Shown: positions 24,248 to 32,000 of the stretch, piece by piece
How the letters are laid out: each line of letters begins with the position of its first letter
How positions within the stretch are numbered: position 1 is the first letter of the stretch
NCBI RefSeq assembly: GCF_035285525.1
Contig: NZ_JAYKGW010000157.1
Coordinates: 1 to 32,000, forward strand
DNA length: 32,000 bases
Reading direction: 5' to 3'
Origin: Okeania sp.
Lineage (GTDB): Bacteria; Cyanobacteriota; Cyanobacteriia; Cyanobacteriales; Microcoleaceae
Program-made: the position numbers and the translations under genes
The notes under the pieces: generated by a model
Database searches by the model: none
Told to the model about the DNA's origin: nothing
What the model saw: only the letters and a program-made list of their open reading frames with translations

Positions 24248-25774
24248 ATGAAATTTAAGAATTTTTTACGGAGCTTCGTCAAATTTTTACTCCCTATTAA
24301 ACCCTTACTTATAACTTCTTCTTTATTACTAATTCCTGCTACAACAATTGTTTTCAAACAACCTGTTGCTTTAGCCTTAATGGCAGATCAAATAAAGGAA
24401 ATTTCTACAGAATTTACAGTATTAATTGATGCTATAAATCCCGCTTCCGGAATAATTATTTCTCATAAAAAAGATACTTATTATGTTTTAACTGCAAAGC
24501 ACGTTGTCGAAACTCAAGATGAATATGCAATTATTACTAAAGATGGAGAAAGATACGAAATTGACTATCAAAGAATCATTAAATTACCAAGAGTTGATTT
24601 AGCAATTTTAGAATTTCGGAGTAATAAAAAATATCAAATTGCTACTTTAGCTAAATATGATTATCAAGCAGAATTTCGTCATGTTTTTGTCTCTGGTTGG
24701 CCTGAGTCGAGATTACCTTTTGCAGAAAGAGAACATTTATTTAGTCCTGGTTTATTAATTAATGAAGATTATGAATTAGCCTTTATTAAAGATCCGGTTT
24801 CTAATGGTTATGAACTTTTTTATAACAATATTACGGAGTTAGGTTTAAGTGGCGCACCTGTTTTAGATACTCAAGGAAGAGTAATTGGAATTCATGGTGC
24901 TTCTGAAGGTACAAAAATTTATGATGAAGAATCTAATTCAGTAGCAAGAGTAAATATTGGTTTTAGTTATGGCATTCCCATTAATACTTTTTTAGAATCA
25001 GTAAATAAGTTAAATATTGGGTTAAATTTTCAACTAGAAAATTCACCCCCACCACCACTAACTAGAAAAGAAGTTTTTTCTATAGAAGCTTATTTAAAAG
25101 TTCCAGAAACAACAGATATTTCTAGTGCAGCAGCATGGGCAAATCGCGGGAATCATTTATATAGATTAGAAAGATTTGCCGAAGCATTAGTAGCTTTTGA
25201 ACGTTCCATAAAAATCAGGGAAAATTTTTATCCAGCTTGGTATGGAAAGGCAAATGTTTTATCTGCTTTAGGTAGATATAATGCAGCAATAGATGCTTAT
25301 AAAAAGACAGTAAAAATTAAACCAGATTTCTATTTAGCTTGGCGAGACCAAGGAGCTTTATTTGCTTATTTAGATCGACCTCATGAAGCATTAATATCTT
25401 TTCATCGAGTAATTACATATAAGCCAGATGATTTTGCAGTTTGGTATCTGAAAGGGAATGTTTTAGCAGCCAATTTGCAGAAATATGAAGAAGCGATCGC
25501 TGCCTATAATAAGGCAATTCAATTAAAGTCTGATTTTGCGGATGCTTGGATAGGAAAAGGGGAAGCTTTTTATCGTTTAGGAAATTATGAAAAAGCTAGA
25601 GAAGCTGTTCAAGAGGCAGTGAGACTTAAGCCTAACGATCAAGAAATATCAAATTTTTTAAATTCTTTGAATAAAGATAATTTGCCACAACATTCTGTAG
25701 AGTTAATACCAAATCAAAGAGAAGTTGAAAGAAGAAGTTATCCTCCTCGTAAACAACCTAATTTATTGTGGTAA
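24248..25774 (+). CDS. Trypsin-like serine protease fused to C-terminal TPR repeats
   Basis: 508 aa. Signal/anchor LLPIKPLLITSSLLLIPATTIVF. Triad contexts YVLTAKHVV, VDLAILEF, ELGLSGAPVLDTQGRVIGIHG. About 5-6 TPR units follow (AWANRGNHLYRLERFAEALVAFERSIKI..., AWYGKANVL..., AWRDQGALF..., VWYLKGNVL..., AWIGKGEAFYRLGNYEKA...). Confidence 0.85.
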   Translation: MKFKNFLRSFVKFLLPIKPLLITSSLLLIPATTIVFKQPVALALMADQIKEISTEFTVLIDAINPASGIIISHKKDTYYVLTAKHVVETQDEYAIITKDGERYEIDYQRIIKLPRVDLAILEFRSNKKYQIATLAKYDYQAEFRHVFVSGWPESRLPFAEREHLFSPGLLINEDYELAFIKDPVSNGYELFYNNITELGLSGAPVLDTQGRVIGIHGASEGTKIYDEESNSVARVNIGFSYGIPINTFLESVNKLNIGLNFQLENSPPPPLTRKEVFSIEAYLKVPETTDISSAAAWANRGNHLYRLERFAEALVAFERSIKIRENFYPAWYGKANVLSALGRYNAAIDAYKKTVKIKPDFYLAWRDQGALFAYLDRPHEALISFHRVITYKPDDFAVWYLKGNVLAANLQKYEEAIAAYNKAIQLKSDFADAWIGKGEAFYRLGNYEKAREAVQEAVRLKPNDQEISNFLNSLNKDNLPQHSVELIPNQREVERRSYPPRKQPNLLW

Positions 25775-26057
25775 TAAAGTAAGCATTTAGCAGTTAGTTA
25801 GCCTCCTACTGAGGCGGAATTCAGATATTGTTTTTGGTTTGAGATTTAGACCTCTCCTTGAAAACTATATTTTATCAACATATCTCTTGAAATAGAATTT
25901 TATAATGGATAGCTTTAAAGGCAGGATATTATTACTGACAGCTAATAGCTAAATGCTTAGTTAGTAAATATAGCATTCAACCTTTACCAAAGATTTATAG
26001 TAATTTTCAATTTTATGTAATAAAATAAAAACTAGGATAGCTCAAAGGAAAAATAGC

Positions 26058-26237
26058 GTAAGCATCCAGCTATTAGCCGTCAGCAAATCCTATCTAAGAT
26101 ATAAAAATGGCTTGAAATGAATATAACCTTTAAGGTCGCTTTTGATAGTAAGATTCAATTTACCTCAACAAAGCCAAGCTTTTATCTCAAAATAAAATAA
26201 ATAGCTGACTGCTAAATGCTGAGTGCTGAATGCTTAC
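26058..26237 (+). repeat. Dispersed repeat/MITE family D copy, bounded by GTAAGCAT ... ATGCTTAC
   Basis: GTAAGCATCCAGCTATTAGCC...AATATAACCTTTAAGGTCGCTTTTGATAGTAAGATTCAATTTACCTCAACAAAGCCAAGCTTTTATCTCAAA...GCTGAATGCTTAC. Confidence 0.75.
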
Positions 26238-26261
26238 AAAATAGCAGACTGCACTATCAGG

Positions 26262-26574
26262 GTAAGCATTTCCTGGGAGCTATTAGTCGTTATCTCTTCC
26301 TGCGGAATGCTGCGCAAACAGTAAACCCTATCTAAATCTTAAAAATGACTTTAAATAAATTAGAACTTACGCACCAGACGCTATATGTGGCTTCCAAAAC
26401 TATTGCGCAATCGTTTTTGAACTCTATAGATAGTACCTTTGCGTAAGTCCTGTGAATATAACCTTTAAAGTCGGTTTTGATAGTAACATTCAATTTACCT
26501 CAACAAAGCCAAGCTTTTATCTCAAACTAAAATAAATAGCTGACTGCTGACTGCTGACGATGCAGAATGCTTAC
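26262..26574 (+). repeat. Dispersed repeat/MITE family D copy carrying a nested MITE
   Basis: Same sequence family as 26058-26237, including a near-identical ~95-bp block at 26455-26548. Interrupted at 26362-26451 by an element with AGAACTTACGCA...TGCGTAAGTCCT ends. Confidence 0.75.
26362..26451. mobile_element. MITE with family-A-type termini (90 bp) nested in a family-D repeat
   Basis: AGAACTTACGCACCAGACGCTATATGTGG...ACCTTTGCGTAAGTCCT. The 12-bp termini are near-perfect inverted repeats. The copy at 26058-26237 lacks this insert. Confidence 0.75.
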
Positions 26575-26821
26575 TTATCAGATAAGATAAAAAAATATTG
26601 TTCAGATCTAATTGTAAGCAGTCAGCCATCAGTCATCAGCTTTATTAACTTTAAAAGAGGAAAAAGAAATCAGCTAGATTTCCGAGAATTATAGAGTATG
26701 GTTTATTAATGAATAATGGATGATTACGTCATTTATTAAAAAGGTGATATTAATTAAAAAGCTTAGAGCTAACGGCTAATAGCTGGATACTTGCAGACAA
26801 TTAGGGAAATAGTGATTAAGT

Positions 26822-28303
26822 ATGTTATTTAACTCTTATGTTTTTATATTTGGTTTTTTACCTTTAACTTTGATTATATTTTTTGCTTTAACTAAGTTTC
26901 GCTTAATTAAAGCAGCTAAGGTTTGGTTGACTGCTAGTTCTTTCGCTTTTTATGGTTATTGGAATGTTGCCTATGTTCCTCTACTGATAATTTCAATTTT
27001 ATGGAATTATCAAATGGGTAAATTTATTGCTGAAGCTAAACCAGAAAGTAAGAAAGTAAATGTTTTACTTTGGTTAGGTATAGCTGTAAATTTAGTAATA
27101 ATTTCCTATTATAAATATGCCAACTTTTTCTTAGATAGTTTTAATTCAGTAGTTTCTACAAATTTCAATGCTGGGGAAATTATTTTACCTCTGGCAATTT
27201 CTTTTTATACTTTTACTCAAATAGCTTATTTAGTAGATGCTTATCGTGGAGAAACTAGAGAAACTAATTATGATTTACTCACTTATAGTTTATTTGTAGT
27301 TTTCTTCCCTCAATTAATCGCCGGACCTATTTTACGTCACGATGAACTTATTCCGCAATTTCGTCAATTGCGTAATTATGTTTTTTCCCAGAAAAATATG
27401 GCTTTGGGTTTGAGTCTTTTTAGTTTAGGATTGTGTAAAAAAGTATTGATAGCTGATACTATATCACCTTGGGTAACACTAGCATTTAATAATACTTCTG
27501 ATTTGAGTTTTATTGAAGCCTGGGTAGGGGCTTTAAGTTACACTTTTCAACTATATTTTGATTTTTCTGGTTACTCAGATATGGCAATAGGTTTAGGGTT
27601 AATGTTTAATATTAAATTACCCATTAATTTTAACTCTCCCTACAAAGCTACTTCTATTAGTGATTTTTGGCGACGCTGGCATATTACTTTATCAAATTTT
27701 CTGAGAGATTATCTATATATTTCCCTGGGTGGAAGTCGTCGCGGAGAAGTTCGTCGTTATACTAATCTTTTAACAACAATGCTATTAGGTGGATTATGGC
27801 ATGGTGCTGGTTGGACTTATGTAATTTGGGGAGGTTTACATGGTATCTATTTATGTATTAATCATGGTTGGCGAAAGTTAAATATTCCGATGCCAAAATT
27901 ATTAGCATGGGCAATTACTTTTATTTCTGTTATTATTAGTTGGGTGTTATTTCGAGCCGAAAATATTCAAGATGGTTTAGATATTTTACAAACAATGACC
28001 GGTTTTAATGGAATAGCTATACCAGGAGAAGCTAAAGGGAAATTATCTATATTAACTAATTTTGGTTTTCAGGTTAAATCTTGGTCGGAATTAACTTATT
28101 TGCCAGAACTTTGGGGTAGTAAAACTTTCTCAATATTGACTTTAATAGCTTTAACTTTTTCTGTAAGTTTTCTACCAAATACTCAGGAAATTTTAGCAAA
28201 GCTAAAACCTACTTGGTGGTGGGCAGCTTGGATTGGTATTTTGACAAGTTTAGCTTTATTATCACTGAACCGTGTGTCTGAGTTTCTTTATTTCCAATTT
28301 TAA
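26822..28303 (+). CDS. MBOAT-family membrane-bound O-acyltransferase (AlgI/DltB-like)
   Basis: 493 aa, polytopic. Conserved blocks DFWRRWHITLSNFLRDYLYISLGGSRRG and LGGLWHGAGWTYVIWGGLHG (catalytic His region). Confidence 0.92.
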   Translation: MLFNSYVFIFGFLPLTLIIFFALTKFRLIKAAKVWLTASSFAFYGYWNVAYVPLLIISILWNYQMGKFIAEAKPESKKVNVLLWLGIAVNLVIISYYKYANFFLDSFNSVVSTNFNAGEIILPLAISFYTFTQIAYLVDAYRGETRETNYDLLTYSLFVVFFPQLIAGPILRHDELIPQFRQLRNYVFSQKNMALGLSLFSLGLCKKVLIADTISPWVTLAFNNTSDLSFIEAWVGALSYTFQLYFDFSGYSDMAIGLGLMFNIKLPINFNSPYKATSISDFWRRWHITLSNFLRDYLYISLGGSRRGEVRRYTNLLTTMLLGGLWHGAGWTYVIWGGLHGIYLCINHGWRKLNIPMPKLLAWAITFISVIISWVLFRAENIQDGLDILQTMTGFNGIAIPGEAKGKLSILTNFGFQVKSWSELTYLPELWGSKTFSILTLIALTFSVSFLPNTQEILAKLKPTWWWAAWIGILTSLALLSLNRVSEFLYFQF

Positions 28304-28318
28304 TTTTTTAGAGAAATT

Positions 28319-29554
28319 ATGAGTATTAATAATCAGGTTAATTCTACTTACTATCAAGCTTTAAATGCTGAGGAATCAGAGAAAAATGCAACAAATAGAA
28401 AAAAATATTACTGATATAATTGGATATTTTTACTGTCGGCATTTATGCCTGTAGTAACTGTAGGAATATTGAATATAATTGTCGATCCTTACGATGTATT
28501 TAATACTCCTAATTTCCTGGGAATAAATCATTCAAAACCTCGAAAAGATAATAGCGATCGCCTTTATAAAGCAATTGATATTATTCGGTCTAAACCTGTA
28601 ACAGTTTTGATGGGTTAATCTAGGACAGAAAATGGTTTAGACCCTAATCATCGAGCATTAAAAAATTAGCAACCTATCTATAATTTAGGGCTGAGTTTCA
28701 TTAATACTTATGAATTAAAACCTTATATAAAACATGTATTCGCTAATCAAAAAGAATTAGACTTGATTATTCTGGGGTTAGATTTTTTTATGTTTAACAA
28801 ATTCTTGGAAAATCAACCAAGTTTCTCGGAAAATAGATTAGAAAAGCAGAATATATCCCTAGTAGATTTTATCAACGTTACCTTTTCTTCAGATATGCTT
28901 TTAGCAAGTAAAGAAACCATAGTTGATAGTCAAAAAAATCCACCAGATAGTATTAGTTATGAAGAGAGTGGATTTATCTGATCTCGAGAACGCTATCGTG
29001 ACCAAAAAACAACTCAGGTGCTATTATTTAACTCTAATATAAAGTATTATTATAAATTTTTTACCAAATATCAATTACCTACTCAATTAATTGAATTGAA
29101 AAAAATAGTAGACTTTTGCAAACAAAAACAAATAAAACTAATAGTATTCATTTCTCCTTCTCATGCAACTCAATGGGAAATTATTAAAAATGCTGGTCAC
29201 TGGTCAAGCTTTGAAGAATGGAAACGTGAAGTTGTAAAAATTACCCCTGTATTTGATTTTTCTGGATACAACACTATCACAACTGAACCTATTCATAATA
29301 ATATGGAAAATTATACAGAAAATTCTCATTATACTCCCAAAGTAGGGAATTTAATTCTTAACCGAATTCTCTCTTACAAAGAAGAAGAACTTCCAGAGGA
29401 TTTTGTAATTTTAATTAATTCAAAAAATCTTGAATCTCATCTAGAAAAAATTCGTCAAGACCGAGAAGTTTGGGTGAAAAATAATCCTGATGAAGTGAAC
29501 TTGGTAATAGAAATTAAACAAAAATATGATGCTTCACTAGCAAATAAAAATTAG
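28319..29554 (+). pseudogene. Decayed copy of the MBOAT partner gene, paralog of 29701-30924
   Basis: Colinear with the downstream 407-aa gene but broken. A stop follows 32 codons (TGA near 28415), followed by a frame change. In-frame TAA at 28617 lies exactly where the intact copy has LGSSRA. Further stops near 28667 (TAG) and 28980 (TGA). The ORF-track fragments 28763-28981 and 29018-29554 are pieces of it. Confidence 0.8.
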
Positions 29555-29607
29555 ATGGAAAATTGATGTTAGTTTAAATATACATTAGAATCGGAAATCA
29601 ATTACCG

Positions 29608-29694
29608 GGTGCATCTCAACTATTTACAAAAATACTTTTTTTCTATTCCCTAAAAGCGATAAATTTTTGGCTTTCTTGAAAATTGAGATGCACC
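29608..29694. repeat. 87-bp inverted-repeat element (12-bp perfect TIR GGTGCATCTCAA ... TTGAGATGCACC) ending 6 nt before the start codon of the next gene
   Basis: TIRs read directly. A solo terminus TTGAGATGCACCC also occurs at 12228-12240. Confidence 0.65.
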
Positions 29695-29700
29695 TAAATT

Positions 29701-30924
29701 ATGAATATCAATAACAAACATTATCCTAACTATTCCCTAGTTTCATATTCCCAAAAATCAAAAAAATATCGTAGATTTAATTGGATATTTTTACTGTCGG
29801 TATTTTTCCCTGTAATTACAGTAGGAATATTAAATATTATTGTCAATCCTTATGATGTATTTAATACTCCTAATTTCATCGGAATAAATCATTCAAAACC
29901 TCGGAAAGATAATAATGATCGCCTCTTTAAAGCAACTGATATTATCCGAATTAAACCTGTTACAGTTTTTCTAGGTTCCTCCAGAGCAAAACGCGCTCTA
30001 GACCCAAATCATCCTGCTTTAGAAAATCATCATCCAGCTTATAACTTAAGCATTGATAACCCCAATATTTATGAATTACGACGCTATTTAGAACACGCGA
30101 TCACTAATCAGGAAAAATTAGGTTTAGTGATTATCGGATTAGATTTTTTTACGTTTAATTCATTTCAGGAAAATCAAGTGAATTTTTCTGAAAATAGATT
30201 AGAAAAACAGCATATTTCTGCCAAAGATTTTATTAATATCACCTTTTCTCTAGATGCATTGTTGGCAAGTAAAGAAACAATAATTGATAGTCGTAAAACT
30301 CCAGCAAATAACCTTGGTTACGGAGAAAATGGATTTATGCCTGAGTTAAATGTTGACCCTGAAAAAACTCAGCAGAGATTTAACCAACTTATCAGTTACT
30401 ATGTAAAACATCGATATGCCAGATATCAATTATCTGCTCAATTTTTAGATGAATTAAAAACAATAGTAGATTTATCTGAAAAAAATCAAATTAAGTTAAT
30501 ATTATTTATTTCTCCTTCTCATGCGACTCACTGGGAAGCAATGAAAAGGAAAGATAAATGGTTAATTTTTGAAGAATGGAAACGTGAAGTTGTAAAAATT
30601 ACCCCTGTATTTGATTTTTCTGGATACAACAGTATCACAACTGAACCTATTCATAATAATATGGAAAATTATACAGAAAATTCTCATTATACTCCCAAAG
30701 TAGGGAATTTAATTCTTAACCGAATTCTCTCTTACAAAGAAGAAGAAGTTCCAGAGGATTTTGGAATTTTAATTAATTCAAAAAATCTTGAATCTCATCT
30801 AGAAAAAATTCGTCAAGACCGAGAAGTTTGGGTGAAAAATAATCCTGATGAAGTGAACTTGGTAATAGAAATTAAACAGAAATATGATAGGTCACTGACA
30901 GATAAAAATGAGATGGCAAATTGA
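29701..30924 (+). CDS. Putative MBOAT partner protein: N-terminal membrane anchor plus extracytoplasmic DltD/AlgJ/SGNH-like domain (function inferred)
   Basis: 407 aa. TM anchor WIFLLSVFFPVITVGILNIIV. Candidate Ser block VFLGSSRAKRAL. Later blocks FISPSHATHW and ENSHYTPKVGNLI. Sits in the canonical position downstream of an MBOAT gene. Confidence 0.7.
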   Translation: MNINNKHYPNYSLVSYSQKSKKYRRFNWIFLLSVFFPVITVGILNIIVNPYDVFNTPNFIGINHSKPRKDNNDRLFKATDIIRIKPVTVFLGSSRAKRALDPNHPALENHHPAYNLSIDNPNIYELRRYLEHAITNQEKLGLVIIGLDFFTFNSFQENQVNFSENRLEKQHISAKDFINITFSLDALLASKETIIDSRKTPANNLGYGENGFMPELNVDPEKTQQRFNQLISYYVKHRYARYQLSAQFLDELKTIVDLSEKNQIKLILFISPSHATHWEAMKRKDKWLIFEEWKREVVKITPVFDFSGYNSITTEPIHNNMENYTENSHYTPKVGNLILNRILSYKEEEVPEDFGILINSKNLESHLEKIRQDREVWVKNNPDEVNLVIEIKQKYDRSLTDKNEMAN

Positions 30925-30927
30925 TGA

Positions 30928-30955
30928 GAATAGGGAATAGGGAATAGGGAATAGG
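30928..30955. repeat. Heptamer tandem repeat (GAATAGG) x4
   Basis: GAATAGGGAATAGGGAATAGGGAATAGG read directly, immediately after the stop codon at 30924. Confidence 0.9.
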
Positions 30956-31431
30956 AGATTATCAAAGAGTTTCAGAATTGATACCATTTTTCTGTAACAA
31001 TGCACCTAATAATTCTTACCAAGACCTGAATTTTTCAACAACTATTACCTTTTTATTAAGTGCAACTTCATGGAGAAATGGTATTAGAAATTTCCGCGTC
31101 CTTTGCTTTGACTATTATATTAGTTCAAATTACTTGAACTCGGAAATAAATTAAGTGCCTAGGGAAAATTAACTTGCTAATTTTATTACCAAATTACTGA
31201 CAAGAAAAATATTGCTTTTAGCTGAAAAGTTTACCAATTTTTTTACTTTTTAGGTAAGCATTTCCTGCAAAATACTGTGCAAACAGCAGTCAGATCGAGT
31301 GCAATAAAAATGCAAGCTTTCTTTTAATTTATACTACATTTTTAATCATAAATTTTGAGTTTTAAACCCATATAATTTGTGACAGGAAGTTATAAATTTT
31401 TCTTGAAAGCTGACTGCTGAATGCTGACTTT

Positions 31432-32000
31432 TTAGTTTTGACTTTTTTGTTCCAACCAAGCTAAACCAGCAGCAAAAGTTTCAGCTAAAACACTAATCAA
31501 CCGATAAAATGCAATAGCACTTAACAGAATACCAGGAGAAAATTTATGCTCTAGTAAAGTTAAAGCAGTGACTTCAAATACTCCCACACCTCCAGGTGCT
31601 CCAGGTACAACTAAACCTAATAACCATGCTAAACTAAATGCACTAAATATTAAAAAAATTTGATTCAATTCAACAGAATTAAAAGCTAATATAGTCAGTA
31701 AAAAGCCAAAACCTCGAATCAATACAAAACAAATTTCTCCCAGAAAAGGCTTCACTAAATACCGCTCTAATTTTAATTCAGTAACTGGCTGAATATCAGC
31801 AGATTTTTTACCTTTTAATTTGATTTTAGCTAAGTATTTAATTACTGGGTTTAAAACTCGTGGATGCAGAATAGAAACTACTGCCAAAAAACACAAAAAT
31901 TGTATAAACCAGCTTTCTTGAGTAGAACCAATTAAAGCAACTCCTAAAGCAGATGCAGCCATTAAAAGTGGTTCTATTAAAACACTTAAAATTGCAGTTT
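31432..32000 (-). CDS. UPF0104 / lysylphosphatidylglycerol-synthase-TM-type integral membrane protein, N-terminus outside the window
   Basis: The reading frame stays open beyond Met 31962 to the window edge. Multi-TM. The PGAPGGVGVFE motif is typical of this family. Confidence 0.6.
   Translation of the reverse strand, partial: TAILSVLIEPLLMAASALGVALIGSTQESWFIQFLCFLAVVSILHPRVLNPVIKYLAKIKLKGKKSADIQPVTELKLERYLVKPFLGEICFVLIRGFGFLLTILAFNSVELNQIFLIFSAFSLAWLLGLVVPGAPGGVGVFEVTALTLLEHKFSPGILLSAIAFYRLISVLAETFAAGLAWLEQKSQN

Noticed and set aside
24175-24357. 60-aa minus-strand ORF
   Set aside because: It overlaps the start of the protease-TPR gene in antisense and lies in AT-rich leader sequence. It is likely spurious.
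28763-29554. Two separate ORFs (72 and 178 aa) as independent genes
   Set aside because: Both are colinear fragments of the decayed paralog of the 29701-30924 gene, so they are reported as a single pseudogene.

Overview
AT-rich chromosomal segment that looks like a filamentous, heterocyst-forming cyanobacterium (Nostocales-like). Support for that origin: repeated HIP1 octamers (GCGATCGC, e.g. 880-887 and near 3021, 6681, 11795, 14467, 15567, 19725, 23199, 25493, 28555), many STRR-type heptamer tandem repeats, a COP23-family gene and HpsE-like glycosyltransferases. All homology calls below come from reading motifs by eye; no searches were run.

Layout:
(1) 1-1548: 3' part of a secreted Calx-beta / RTX / SGNH-hydrolase gene.
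(2) 2689-14519: an accessory polysaccharide biosynthesis and modification island. It holds a hexapeptide acetyltransferase, a PP-loop ATPase, a GT-A transferase, an alkaline-phosphatase-family enzyme, two tandem HpsE-like GT2 genes and a divergent GT4 gene. One GT2 gene is fused to a degenerate EAL (c-di-GMP) domain. The island is interrupted by an IS630 remnant and has a MITE in most intergenic gaps.
(3) 14589-20403, minus strand: a TerB-like gene, an 826-aa acidic low-complexity protein and gatA, separated by two different tandem-repeat arrays.
(4) 20852-21307: an orphan IS630 HTH ORF.
(5) 22487-25774: a COP23-domain protein followed by two paralogous trypsin-like serine proteases, the second fused to TPR repeats. 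About 1 kb of repeat-saturated non-coding DNA lies on each side.
(6) 26822-30924: an MBOAT O-acyltransferase, then a decayed partner gene and an intact tandem copy of it. The two copies share a near-identical 3' tract.
(7) 31432-32000: partial UPF0104/LPG-synthase-TM-type membrane protein.

No rRNA, tRNA or CRISPR array was recognised. The strongest candidates for undescribed biology are the GT2-EAL fusion, the QueC-like PP-loop protein inside the sugar cluster, and the COP23-protease-protease/TPR module.
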